From IMG/VR virus record IMGVR_UViG_3300008448_000002, positions 96,001 to 160,000 of that record: a stretch of 64,000 nucleotides of DNA; one strand, written 5' to 3'. Position 1 is the first letter of the stretch. Each line of letters begins with the position of its first letter. The notes under the pieces are model-generated. The model was not told the origin of the DNA. It did no database searches and saw nothing but the letters and a program-made list of their open reading frames with translations. The position numbers and the translations under genes were made by a program. The stretch comes from a virus. Positions 45,947 through 55,316 of the stretch are shown one piece after another.

Positions 45947-47191
45947 ATGGCTAAGGCTAGTAATAAAAAATCACAAAACACGGATATGATTATCACATTG
46001 AAACCAACAGAAATGGTTTCTGCTATTCTTCACATGATGAACGTAAATATTCAAGATGTACGAGCAGGAGAAAAACGAAAAGGTATTTTTATTTGGGGAC
46101 CTCCTGGTATTGCCAAGTCAGCAATTATTGCCAATATTGCCAAGACTACTGGATTAAGCGATAGTGGTGTATTGACAACTTATGCTACTGCTAATGATGT
46201 TCCTGTAAATGATAGATTTGAAATGATTGATATTCGTCTATCACAGTTAGAACCAACGGATTTAAGAGGTATTCCTGTTCCTGTAACTATTGATGGTAAA
46301 ACAAATGTTACATGGGCGATTCCTTCTTCTTATCCAACGGGAAATAAAAAAGCTATTCTTTTCTTTGATGAATTACCAAATGGTGCTCCTTCTGTACAAG
46401 CAGCATGTTATCAGATTGTACTAGATGGAAAATTGGGTGAATACACCTTACCAGATAATACAATTGTTATCGCGGCAGGAAACCGAGAAACTGACCGTGG
46501 TGCCAGTTTCAAAATGCCAACTCCTTTGATGAACCGCTTTGTACACTTGGAAATGGCTGTTGACTTTGAAGATTGGTGTGATTATGCGATTGATTATGGA
46601 TATAGACCAGAAATCATTGGATTTTTAACTACTTTTAAAGATAAACTATTTAACTTTGACCCAACCAGTGCCAGTCGCGGGTTTGCGACACCTCGTTCGT
46701 GGGAAGCCGTAAATAGTATTCTAAAAAATAATCCTTCAGTAACAGACAATGTTTTAAGAGCAATGGTGGCAGGATGTATTGGTACTGGGTATGCTTTTGA
46801 GTTTATGGAATATAAAAACATTGCTTCTAGATTACCAGACCCTAGTAAAATCATTACAGGTGAGATTACAGAATTAAAAGAAGGCATGGTTGATGACGTT
46901 AGTGTATTGTATACCCTTGTTGTTAGTTTATGCTATGAAATTAATGAATATCATAAAAAGTCTAAGTTAAACAATACGTTAGAAAAGTTTAAACGTGATT
47001 CAAACAACGTATTTGAGTTTTTCTTGCGAAGTGAAAACAAAGGCACTATACAACCAGAGTATATTATTCTATTCTTCAAAATGATATTGACAAAGTATGA
47101 TGTTAAAGACGTTGTTAATATGGATGATGATAGTAGTTTCAAGAAATTAATCAAGAAATACAGTAGTTCCATTAACGCAAGAAGAGCATAA
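45947..47191 (+). CDS. MoxR-type AAA+ ATPase
   Basis: Walker A GPPGIAKS, Walker B FFDELPN, AAGNR, L-x-NRF, TPRSW. Confidence 0.9.
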   Translation: MAKASNKKSQNTDMIITLKPTEMVSAILHMMNVNIQDVRAGEKRKGIFIWGPPGIAKSAIIANIAKTTGLSDSGVLTTYATANDVPVNDRFEMIDIRLSQLEPTDLRGIPVPVTIDGKTNVTWAIPSSYPTGNKKAILFFDELPNGAPSVQAACYQIVLDGKLGEYTLPDNTIVIAAGNRETDRGASFKMPTPLMNRFVHLEMAVDFEDWCDYAIDYGYRPEIIGFLTTFKDKLFNFDPTSASRGFATPRSWEAVNSILKNNPSVTDNVLRAMVAGCIGTGYAFEFMEYKNIASRLPDPSKIITGEITELKEGMVDDVSVLYTLVVSLCYEINEYHKKSKLNNTLEKFKRDSNNVFEFFLRSENKGTIQPEYIILFFKMILTKYDVKDVVNMDDDSSFKKLIKKYSSSINARRA

Positions 47192-47200
47192 GGAAAAGTA

Positions 47201-48409
47201 ATGCTTAAAGATGACCCAATTTATCAAAAAATAGTAGAGGCAAGAATTGCCCTCATAATGGAAAAACCATTCTTTGGGAATCTTGTTTTAAGACAAAAGA
47301 TTGTCGATGCCAGTAAATGGTGTGACACAATGGCAACTGACGGAGTTAATATCTATTATAATCGAGAGTTTGTAAAAGGTATGACATTCAAAGAGTTACA
47401 ATTTGTACTTTGTCATGAAGTTATCCATTGTGTTTTCGACCATTGTGATAGACGGGGTTCTAAAAATCCTAAAATCTGGAACATGGCTATCGACTATATC
47501 ACCAATTATATCTTGGTTGATTCTAAAATTGGTACTATGCCAAAAGTCGGCTTGTATGACGAAAAGTATACAGATGAATTAACAAGCAATGAAGTCTATG
47601 ATGATTTGCTTAGTAAAAGTGTTGAGATTAAAATACCTCTTGATATGCACCTAGACGGTATTACTAGTGATGAAAATGGTGAGGTCACTGTTACCGTAAT
47701 GGGTAATGGTGATGGACCACCAAAAATCACTAAAAAAGACATGGATACCATTAGGGATAAAATTAAGACATCTTTACTACAAGCATGTGCCTCTGCTCCT
47801 GACTCTGTTCCAAATGGTATTAAACGACTAATTGACGAGTTTTCTAATCCAAAGATGGATTGGAGAACAATGTTAGATTGTCATATTAAGTCTAGTATCA
47901 AGGAAGATTTTACTTTTAATGTTCCTAGTCGTAGAAGTTATGGTTCAGGTTGTATAATGCCAAGTCAAGTATACAATGAAACAATTGATATTGCGATTGC
48001 TATTGATACAAGTGGCAGTATCAGTGAAAAAATGTTGAAGGATTTTCTTGGTGAAGTCAAGGGAATTATGGATATGTATACTGATTTCAAAATATGGTTA
48101 TGGTGTTTTGATACAGACGTTCATAATCCCGTATTGTTTAATCAATATAATATCCATGATATTTTTTCATACGAGCTTAAAGGAGGGGGTGGAACAACAT
48201 TTGAGGTAAATTGGGATTTTATGAAGGATACTTCAAAGTTCGATTTAGAAGTTGATGAAATACTTCCAACGCGATTTATTAATTTCACGGACGGATATCC
48301 AGGAAATACTTGGGGAGACCCTGATTATGTTGATACACTATTTATTATTCATGGAAATGACAAAATAAAAGCACCTTTTGGAATGACGGCTTATTATGAT
48401 GATGAATAA
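47201..48409 (+). CDS. Metallopeptidase-VWA protein (DUF2201-like)
   Basis: CHEVIHCVFDH (HExxH), AIDTSGS MIDAS motif, GGGGTTF, FTDG. Confidence 0.9.
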   Translation: MLKDDPIYQKIVEARIALIMEKPFFGNLVLRQKIVDASKWCDTMATDGVNIYYNREFVKGMTFKELQFVLCHEVIHCVFDHCDRRGSKNPKIWNMAIDYITNYILVDSKIGTMPKVGLYDEKYTDELTSNEVYDDLLSKSVEIKIPLDMHLDGITSDENGEVTVTVMGNGDGPPKITKKDMDTIRDKIKTSLLQACASAPDSVPNGIKRLIDEFSNPKMDWRTMLDCHIKSSIKEDFTFNVPSRRSYGSGCIMPSQVYNETIDIAIAIDTSGSISEKMLKDFLGEVKGIMDMYTDFKIWLWCFDTDVHNPVLFNQYNIHDIFSYELKGGGGTTFEVNWDFMKDTSKFDLEVDEILPTRFINFTDGYPGNTWGDPDYVDTLFIIHGNDKIKAPFGMTAYYDDE

Positions 48410-48412
48410 CGC

Positions 48413-48440
48413 TTGACAGTACCCTTTAATATGATATGTT
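48413..48440 (+). promoter_or_regulatory. Sigma70-like promoter (Rnl1 operon)
   Basis: TTGACA-N16-TATGTT with extended TG. Confidence 0.6.
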
Positions 48441-48466
48441 GAATGAAATAATTAAAGGGTACTACT

Positions 48467-49684
48467 ATGTTTCCAACGCTACAATATGACGAAGTTATCG
48501 AACTTATCAAAGATAAAGAAGAGTTCACTATTAAGACAGATAGTGACTTAGGATATATCTGTCTTAATTACAACGTAAACTTCCGTGATACTTTTCCTGA
48601 ATATTTGCCTACTGATACCTCTGAAGATAGAAAAGTTAAATCTATCTTCAGAGAACTTCGGGGATTAATCTTTGATATTAATACTAAAGAGGTTATTCGT
48701 AGACCATGGCATAAGTTTTTCAACATTGGTGAAAGAGTAGAAACTTCTATTTCTACTGTTGACTGGTCACAAAAACATTATGTTTTATCTAAATTAGATG
48801 GGTCAATGATTTCCCCTTTCATCTCCAATGGTGTATTATATTGGGGTACAAAGATGGGGAAAACTGATTTATCTCACCAACCAGAACAATTCGTATCAGA
48901 TAAACCACATTATGTTGATTTTGTTACTACAATGATTAAAGGTGGTAAAACTCCGATTTTTGAATGGTGTTCAAGAAAACAACGTATTGTACTGGATTAT
49001 CCAGTAGATAAACTGTATCTCGTTGGTATTCGAGACATGAAATCAGGTAAATATTCATCATATGATGAATTAAAATCATTGGCATATCAATACTCTATTG
49101 ATTTAGTGGATTATTATTCGGATAGCATTTCCGATATTAATAATTTCATTAATCATACTAAAGATTTAGTTGATGAGGAAGGCTATGTTGTTGTATTTGA
49201 AAACGGCAATATGCTTAAAATCAAAGCAGATGACTATGTAAAGATTCATAAATGTCTTGATGGATTTAGGTATGAGAAAGATATTATCAAAATAATTGTT
49301 AATGATGATTTAGATGACGTATTACCTTATCTCAGAGATGATTTAAAGAATGATGTTATATTATATTCCGATAGGATTCTTCATAATATTAACACACTTT
49401 CTTTTGAAATATTTAACTATATCAATACTTTATTTCAAAAATATGGTGACAGCAAAGAAAACAGGCGATATGTGGCAGAAAACGCTCAACGAGATTATCC
49501 AAAAGATTCTGGTATAGTTTTCTCGTGTTATAAAGCCGATGTATCGTTGAATGAGGTCAGAGAACAGATTGTCTCAAAAATAGACAAAAATACTTCCTCA
49601 ATATCAAAAGTTGAAAACATTCGCCATATTATCAAAGAAAACTGGAATAATTATGGACTATCTGGATTGAGTTTCGACAATTAA
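48467..49684 (+). CDS. RNA ligase 1 (T4 Rnl1-like)
   Basis: ELRGLIF, KFFNIGE, KLDGSMI, FEW, EEGYVV, KIKADDY. Confidence 0.92.
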   Translation: MFPTLQYDEVIELIKDKEEFTIKTDSDLGYICLNYNVNFRDTFPEYLPTDTSEDRKVKSIFRELRGLIFDINTKEVIRRPWHKFFNIGERVETSISTVDWSQKHYVLSKLDGSMISPFISNGVLYWGTKMGKTDLSHQPEQFVSDKPHYVDFVTTMIKGGKTPIFEWCSRKQRIVLDYPVDKLYLVGIRDMKSGKYSSYDELKSLAYQYSIDLVDYYSDSISDINNFINHTKDLVDEEGYVVVFENGNMLKIKADDYVKIHKCLDGFRYEKDIIKIIVNDDLDDVLPYLRDDLKNDVILYSDRILHNINTLSFEIFNYINTLFQKYGDSKENRRYVAENAQRDYPKDSGIVFSCYKADVSLNEVREQIVSKIDKNTSSISKVENIRHIIKENWNNYGLSGLSFDN

Positions 49685-49686
49685 TT

Positions 49687-49878
49687 ATGATTTGTTACGC
49701 CGTTGATAATCAAAAATATAACTTTCTAAAGGAATATTGCCATCCAGAAAGTTCATTTTCTTTTTATGACGGGACAAGAACATCTATATACCCAGAAATA
49801 GACTATGTGATATTATTAAATAACGATAATAAAACATTAATAATTCAAGAGTTATATAGTGGACAAAGAGATAATTAA
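49687..49878 (+). CDS. Hypothetical protein
   Basis: Short ORF in operon. Confidence 0.45.
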   Translation: MICYAVDNQKYNFLKEYCHPESSFSFYDGTRTSIYPEIDYVILLNNDNKTLIIQELYSGQRDN

Positions 49879-49880
49879 TT

Positions 49881-50654
49881 ATGAATATCAAGTTTCTATT
49901 GAACCATGCCCTTTTTAGAGAACAAGGCATTGATACGGCAAAATCAATTCTTGTCTCCCTTGGTATACCATTTGAAGAGGTAACATTTTCTAATGTGGAT
50001 AAACTCGTCTTTAATGAGTTTACAACGGGATTTTTACCAATACAATCTATCAAAAGAATTAGAAAATATGAAAATTTCTTTTCATGGTTCTATTATAATG
50101 ATACGTTATATGACTTCTCAAACTATTCTTTTTATAGTAATCATATGCTTAATTCAAGTTATAATATTCTACCATTTGGTGAAATAAGAAAACGGTTTAA
50201 TAACAACGAAACCTTCTTCATTAAGTCAAACTCTGGTAATAAATTATTAACAGGACAGACTATTACTTGTAATAAAGAGTCATTTGATTTTATTGAAGAT
50301 ACTACTGGACTAAACAACACATCATTGATATGTTACTCTGCCGCCAAAAATATAAAAAATGAGTTTAGATTTTGGATTATAGACAGGGAAATTATAACAG
50401 TTAGTTCATATGATTTTAAAGAGTGTTTGAATAAACCTGTTGATAAAGTGATGGTTGATTTTGTTGATAAAATAATAAAAGAGGAAGATTTTCCATTTCA
50501 TAGAGCATTTACGATGGATATATGCTATAGTGATGATGGAATTAAGATTGTTGAATGTAATGCCTTATCGACTTCTGGCACATATCATTGTGACTTGGAA
50601 AAATTATTCTATCATACGAAAAAATTAGTTCTTAATGATGTATTAATGATTTGA
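49881..50654 (+). CDS. ATP-grasp protein (R2K/DUF4343-like)
   Basis: FFIKS...KLLTGQ, EFRFWII, FTMDI, IVECNALSTSGTY. Confidence 0.8.
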   Translation: MNIKFLLNHALFREQGIDTAKSILVSLGIPFEEVTFSNVDKLVFNEFTTGFLPIQSIKRIRKYENFFSWFYYNDTLYDFSNYSFYSNHMLNSSYNILPFGEIRKRFNNNETFFIKSNSGNKLLTGQTITCNKESFDFIEDTTGLNNTSLICYSAAKNIKNEFRFWIIDREIITVSSYDFKECLNKPVDKVMVDFVDKIIKEEDFPFHRAFTMDICYSDDGIKIVECNALSTSGTYHCDLEKLFYHTKKLVLNDVLMI

Positions 50655-50660
50655 AAGATA

Positions 50661-50858
50661 ATGAAAACTATTAAAATATCAATTAAAACATATTATGATT
50701 GTTCGGATATGCTACTGGATGTTCATAGTTTTAGATTAAGAATCATTAGATATATCGGTAATCAATTTACTGAATTACAGATTAGTAGTTATGATGGTCT
50801 ACATAGAAAAAGATTTAATTTTCATAGAGTATATAGAGTAAATTATGAAGATAGTTAA
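50661..50858 (+). CDS. Hypothetical protein
   Basis: Short ORF in operon. Confidence 0.5.
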   Translation: MKTIKISIKTYYDCSDMLLDVHSFRLRIIRYIGNQFTELQISSYDGLHRKRFNFHRVYRVNYEDS

Positions 50859-51036
50859 ATTACCTATTTCTACTCATAGGCGCATTAAAGATATTTCTAT
50901 TTCTACTATATCAGAAATGAGAGTGGTACAACGAGAAAGTTTTTATAATTACCCAAAAAGATTCGTCATTGAAATACATTATATAAACAAAAACCGATAT
51001 TCACCAGTTTATTATACATGTTTCATGGACTTATAA
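50845..51036 (+). CDS. Hypothetical protein
   Basis: Short ORF in operon. Confidence 0.5.
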   Translation: MKIVKLPISTHRRIKDISISTISEMRVVQRESFYNYPKRFVIEIHYINKNRYSPVYYTCFMDL

Positions 51037-51037
51037 T

Positions 51038-51289
51038 ATGATAACTGTAGAAATTAAACTTAATGATTATGAATATGTAAAAGATGCTGATTTATCAGAG
51101 GTTTATCAATTAAATCCTATATATTATATTGATGTTGTGATATTATTACAATATACACACAAAGTATTTGAGGTTATATGGAGAGGGGGCGATTATAGGT
51201 TTTGTTGTATTAACAGGTTTTCATCGCATTCAACAACTCCATCAGGCAGAAATACCTTGACATTATCCTATATTAAAGGTATCATCTAA
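51038..51289 (+). CDS. Hypothetical protein
   Basis: Short ORF in operon. Confidence 0.5.
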   Translation: MITVEIKLNDYEYVKDADLSEVYQLNPIYYIDVVILLQYTHKVFEVIWRGGDYRFCCINRFSSHSTTPSGRNTLTLSYIKGII

Positions 51290-51291
51290 GA

Positions 51292-52560
51292 ATGAAAAAT
51301 ATTCCTTTATACGCTCTAGTAGTAATGGTTGGACCATCAGGTAGTGGTAAGACAACTATTGCCAATAAACATTTCCAAAAACATGAAATCATCTCTTCTG
51401 ATGATATTAGAGAAGACTTATTGGGCGATTTTAGAAGACAAGATTACAATAATGTTGTCTTCAAAGAATTATTTCATCGGGCAAATCTTAAACTTTCATT
51501 AAAGAGAAGAGTGGTTATTGATGCCACTAATTTAAAAACCAATGATAGAAAAGGTATAATTGAGTTGGGAAAAAGACACAATGTTCCAATTTTTTATGTT
51601 GTGGTAAATAGAACCCTTGAAGAAAAATTAGAGACAGCAGGATGGAGGAATGAAGTTCCTTATCTCATTAATAAGCATCACGAGACTTTCCTCCAAAATG
51701 AACGAGAAATCCTTAAAGGAGATGGTGTTGCCACTGTAATTGATACTAGAAAAGAATTATTTACTGTTGTGAAAAACTCAACTAATGACAATATTCTTGA
51801 TATTATTAAAAGCAATGGTCAAAAATATATCTTTGCTATTGGAGATGTTCATTCGGACATACAAGCCTTAACGAGTGTTATTGAATGGGCAACAGCAAGA
51901 AATGCCTTCATGGTATTTTTAGGTGATATTATTGACTATGGTGATAATCCCATCGAATGTATTAATATTGTTTATGATTTAATCGTATCTGGTAAGGCAG
52001 TAATGTGCCTTGGAAATCATGAAGATAAGATTCATAGATGGTTACAAAAGAGAGACGATGCTGAAAACAAGATGAAATTGTCTCATGGCAACATGGCAAC
52101 TATTGATAGAATCATGGAGTTGAATGATTCCGAAAGAGATTTAATTATTTCCAAGTTTGACACTATCTATGAATATTCAAAAAATCATTGGGTGATTGGT
52201 AACACACTATTTACACACGGTGCCTGTAACTTAAACATGTTTAATTCAAATAGTAGTAAATTGTCTGGTGAGGCTAAAAACTTATCATTATACGGCGAAG
52301 TCGATAGAAATGTACCATTTGAAGAAAATAGATACCCAACGAGACTATATAACTGGTGTGATACTATTCCCGATGGCAAAAGAGTTATTGTTGGGCATGA
52401 TGTTCGTTCTACCATATCTCCCTTTGTACATAAAAATGAACAAGGCGGCGAAGTTATTTTTGCGGATACTGGTTGTTCAAAAGAAGGTGTACTGAGTTCT
52501 GTATGTTTAAAGGTTACTGGTGAAACTTTAATAGTTGAGTCAATGATTAAGCATTCTTAA
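51292..52560 (+). CDS. Polynucleotide kinase-phosphatase (bacterial Pnkp-type, no ligase domain)
   Basis: GPSGSGKTT, SSDDIR, VVIDATN kinase module; GDVHSD, GDIIDYG, GNHE, THG, GHD metallophosphatase module. Confidence 0.88.
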   Translation: MKNIPLYALVVMVGPSGSGKTTIANKHFQKHEIISSDDIREDLLGDFRRQDYNNVVFKELFHRANLKLSLKRRVVIDATNLKTNDRKGIIELGKRHNVPIFYVVVNRTLEEKLETAGWRNEVPYLINKHHETFLQNEREILKGDGVATVIDTRKELFTVVKNSTNDNILDIIKSNGQKYIFAIGDVHSDIQALTSVIEWATARNAFMVFLGDIIDYGDNPIECINIVYDLIVSGKAVMCLGNHEDKIHRWLQKRDDAENKMKLSHGNMATIDRIMELNDSERDLIISKFDTIYEYSKNHWVIGNTLFTHGACNLNMFNSNSSKLSGEAKNLSLYGEVDRNVPFEENRYPTRLYNWCDTIPDGKRVIVGHDVRSTISPFVHKNEQGGEVIFADTGCSKEGVLSSVCLKVTGETLIVESMIKHS

Positions 52561-52636
52561 TTTATTTTAATTTTTATGTTGTTTTTTATATAATTTTATG
52601 GTATTATAATAATATAATTAAACAACGGAGAAAATT

Positions 52637-52939
52637 ATGACTATTGAAACACCACAAGAACAAGTTGAACAACAAGTTGCTAACCCAGAATTGTCTTTCG
52701 CAGATATTCGAGTTGCCTTGGAAGCATTAAAAGTGGCAGGTGAACGCCGTTCATTTACACTAGAAGAATCGGCACAAGTTTTAAAAACAGCAATTAACTT
52801 TCAAGAGTTTGTTGATTTCATTACTAAAAAAGAAGAAGAAGCTAAACAACAAACCAACCCAGTAATGGATAAAGTTAAAGAAGCTGTTGAGAATTATGTA
52901 TCGCAAGGTTCAGAAAACGCAACAACACCACAGGAGTAA
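52637..52939 (+). CDS. Hypothetical acidic protein
   Basis: GGAG SD; codon usage typical of highly expressed genes. Confidence 0.7.
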   Translation: MTIETPQEQVEQQVANPELSFADIRVALEALKVAGERRSFTLEESAQVLKTAINFQEFVDFITKKEEEAKQQTNPVMDKVKEAVENYVSQGSENATTPQE

Positions 52940-52944
52940 TATTA

Positions 52945-53562
52945 ATGGATAATTTTGTAAAACATGTAGGGGCTATAAAATCAACAGGAAGTAAAATTAT
53001 TGTTGTTTTTAAGCAATTACCAGAAGATAAAAAAAATGCCTTAGTTATTTTCACAGATAGTTTACCCGAAAAGTTCCAGACAATTGTTCAAGAATTGCTA
53101 ATGGCTAAAGAAGGACAAGCAGTTGTTGATTTTGCCGATTTTTTGAGTAGAAGGCAAATGCCGGGTTCGCAAGATAATGTTTTATTGGCACTACATAACG
53201 AAGCAAAATTAAGCAGAGTACCTGTTACAGATGTTGTAATGTGTCCTAAGCCTAATATGTCAGTTGATTTAGTTCAGCTTCTCGATAATATTGAAAAATT
53301 AAATCCTCAAGAATCGTCTATTGCCGAATTACCAAAAACAGAAATAGTACAAAATCCCGAAGAAGTTGCCAAGGGTTTGTTGAGAGATGCCGAGTTCCTA
53401 CAAGATGAAGTTAATAGAAAAAAAGAACAGGCATATACTTTATATCCTTCCCTTAGACCTAAAACGGTTGTTAAAGAAACTTTAGTTGAGAAAGTTAATA
53501 AGCCTATCGCTAAAAAATCAAAAACAGCCGTTAAAAAACCTTCAAAGACAGCAAAAGTTTAA
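52945..53562 (+). CDS. Hypothetical protein
   Basis: ORF with Lys-rich tail; GGAG SD. Confidence 0.7.
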   Translation: MDNFVKHVGAIKSTGSKIIVVFKQLPEDKKNALVIFTDSLPEKFQTIVQELLMAKEGQAVVDFADFLSRRQMPGSQDNVLLALHNEAKLSRVPVTDVVMCPKPNMSVDLVQLLDNIEKLNPQESSIAELPKTEIVQNPEEVAKGLLRDAEFLQDEVNRKKEQAYTLYPSLRPKTVVKETLVEKVNKPIAKKSKTAVKKPSKTAKV

Positions 53563-53564
53563 AA

Positions 53565-53801
53565 ATGGCTACAATTGATTTAAGCTGGTACGATTCAATA
53601 AAAAGAAGAGAAGCTAGACAACTCACCGATGAAGTCGAATCAATTAGATACAATTTAGCCTTTTTAGGCAATATGGAAAAAATTATTGATAAGGGTATTG
53701 AACTTAATATTATTTTTACTGCTATTGGAAAAAGCCAAAAAGTTAAATCTGAATGGGAAGCACTTTTGGCAATGATAAAGTTAATGAAAAATGATTACTG
53801 A
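53565..53801 (+). CDS. Hypothetical protein
   Basis: ORF in operon. Confidence 0.6.
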   Translation: MATIDLSWYDSIKRREARQLTDEVESIRYNLAFLGNMEKIIDKGIELNIIFTAIGKSQKVKSEWEALLAMIKLMKNDY

Positions 53802-54081
53802 AGAAACCATAAGACAACAAATTGACGAAAAGTATTCTTTTACAAATATTATTAATCATGTTCTTGGTACTAAGATAGAAACAAGTTATATTAAAAGTAT
53901 AAGAGAAAATTATACTGATGAACAAATAGTTGACTTTATGAAAATGGTAGCTTTATTAAAGAATACCCTTATTTCAATAAACAATGACCCTATACTACAA
54001 AAAATATATTATGATATTTTAGAAATGAGCAAAAAAGAGTTAGAGAATGAACAACAAAAACCTGAGTGCCTTACTTGTTGA
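53791..54081 (+). CDS. Hypothetical protein
   Basis: ORF in operon. Confidence 0.55.
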   Translation: MITEETIRQQIDEKYSFTNIINHVLGTKIETSYIKSIRENYTDEQIVDFMKMVALLKNTLISINNDPILQKIYYDILEMSKKELENEQQKPECLTC

Positions 54082-54976
54082 TAATGTTAGTGGAGATAAT
54101 ATTATTGTCGATTCGGCAAGAGTATCATTTGCCAAAAGTTCAACAAATTATACTGACGAACAAAATAAAAAATTAATCAACTATTTGGCAAAACACAATC
54201 ATTTTACCCCATTTTGTCATGCTAGGGTTGATGGTATTCTCGAAACAAATGAAGAGTTTATTGATACCTTATTGGAAACACCAGAATTATATGCTGGCTT
54301 GGCATTAAAAAAAATAGGTAAAAATATCTATTGGGTAAATGGTTCATTGTATGCTCTAATGAAACTCTCTGCTACTGGATTAGAAGAGTTAGAAGGATTA
54401 TTCCCCTTTTCATATGAGGCATTAAAAAATAATACAACACAAACATTTAATGCTGGTAGTTTTAAAATATTGACTGATAGTAAATTAGAAATATGGCATG
54501 ATTCTTTTAAAGATGAAAAGTTTAGAATGATTTATAAAACTATTCATGTTAAAGCACCAATATTTGTTGCCAGACAACTAGTAAAGCATCAGGTATCCTT
54601 GGTTTGGAATGAAGTATCCAGAAGATATGTTGACGATGCTATTGAATATTTCTATCCAGATGTGTGGAGAGGCAAAGCGTCAAATAAAAAACAAGGGTCA
54701 TCCGATGAAGTAATTAATGTTGATAATGATTATATAAACAGTTTCTTAAATAGTGTAGCAGTTCTCTATAACAAATTGCTTGAAGATAATGTTGCTCCAG
54801 AATTGGCAAGAATTGTAACACCTCTTAATTCAATAACCGAATGGTATTGGACAGGAAGTTTGACGGCATTTAAAAGAGTGTGTAATTTGAGATTAGACTC
54901 ACATACTCAATTAGAAACACAAGTAATTGCCCAACAAATACAATCAGAAATAAAAAGATTATATTCAGAGTTTTAA
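54047..54976 (+). CDS. thyX: Flavin-dependent thymidylate synthase
   Basis: SARVSF, HFTPF, APIFVARQLVKH, NEVSRRYV, PELAR, R-x-x-x-HTQLE. Confidence 0.93.
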   Translation: MNNKNLSALLVDNVSGDNIIVDSARVSFAKSSTNYTDEQNKKLINYLAKHNHFTPFCHARVDGILETNEEFIDTLLETPELYAGLALKKIGKNIYWVNGSLYALMKLSATGLEELEGLFPFSYEALKNNTTQTFNAGSFKILTDSKLEIWHDSFKDEKFRMIYKTIHVKAPIFVARQLVKHQVSLVWNEVSRRYVDDAIEYFYPDVWRGKASNKKQGSSDEVINVDNDYINSFLNSVAVLYNKLLEDNVAPELARIVTPLNSITEWYWTGSLTAFKRVCNLRLDSHTQLETQVIAQQIQSEIKRLYSEF

Positions 54977-54977
54977 A

Positions 54978-55316
54978 ATGAATACTTATAGATTTACGTT
55001 TGAATACTATAGTGATAAGCATTCCAGAACAATAAATCAACATAGGCATTTTTTAATTAGTAATTTTGTAAAAAACTATAATAAACTCTTTGATACTAAT
55101 GTAAAAATGTACGTCCGTAGAGATGGAAAGAGTTTTTATATAGTCAATAATGAATCACATTTTAATATATACTATCGCACTTATCATGACTCTTATAGAT
55201 GTTGTATTATAGTAGAAATTAACATAACTATATCCGATGTAGAATTATCTACAATGAAACTATCATATGATGATATATTTGATTATCAATTAAACGATAT
55301 TGCCGTTATGGTATAA
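54978..55316 (+). CDS. Hypothetical protein
   Basis: Last gene of the plus-strand operon; overlaps the convergent fibre gene by 31 nt. Confidence 0.5.
   Translation: MNTYRFTFEYYSDKHSRTINQHRHFLISNFVKNYNKLFDTNVKMYVRRDGKSFYIVNNESHFNIYYRTYHDSYRCCIIVEINITISDVELSTMKLSYDDIFDYQLNDIAVMV

Noticed and set aside
50661-51289. Three small ORFs as a paralog array
   Set aside because: Only a vague MK-x-x-K/E-I N-terminal similarity; no conserved block to support homology.
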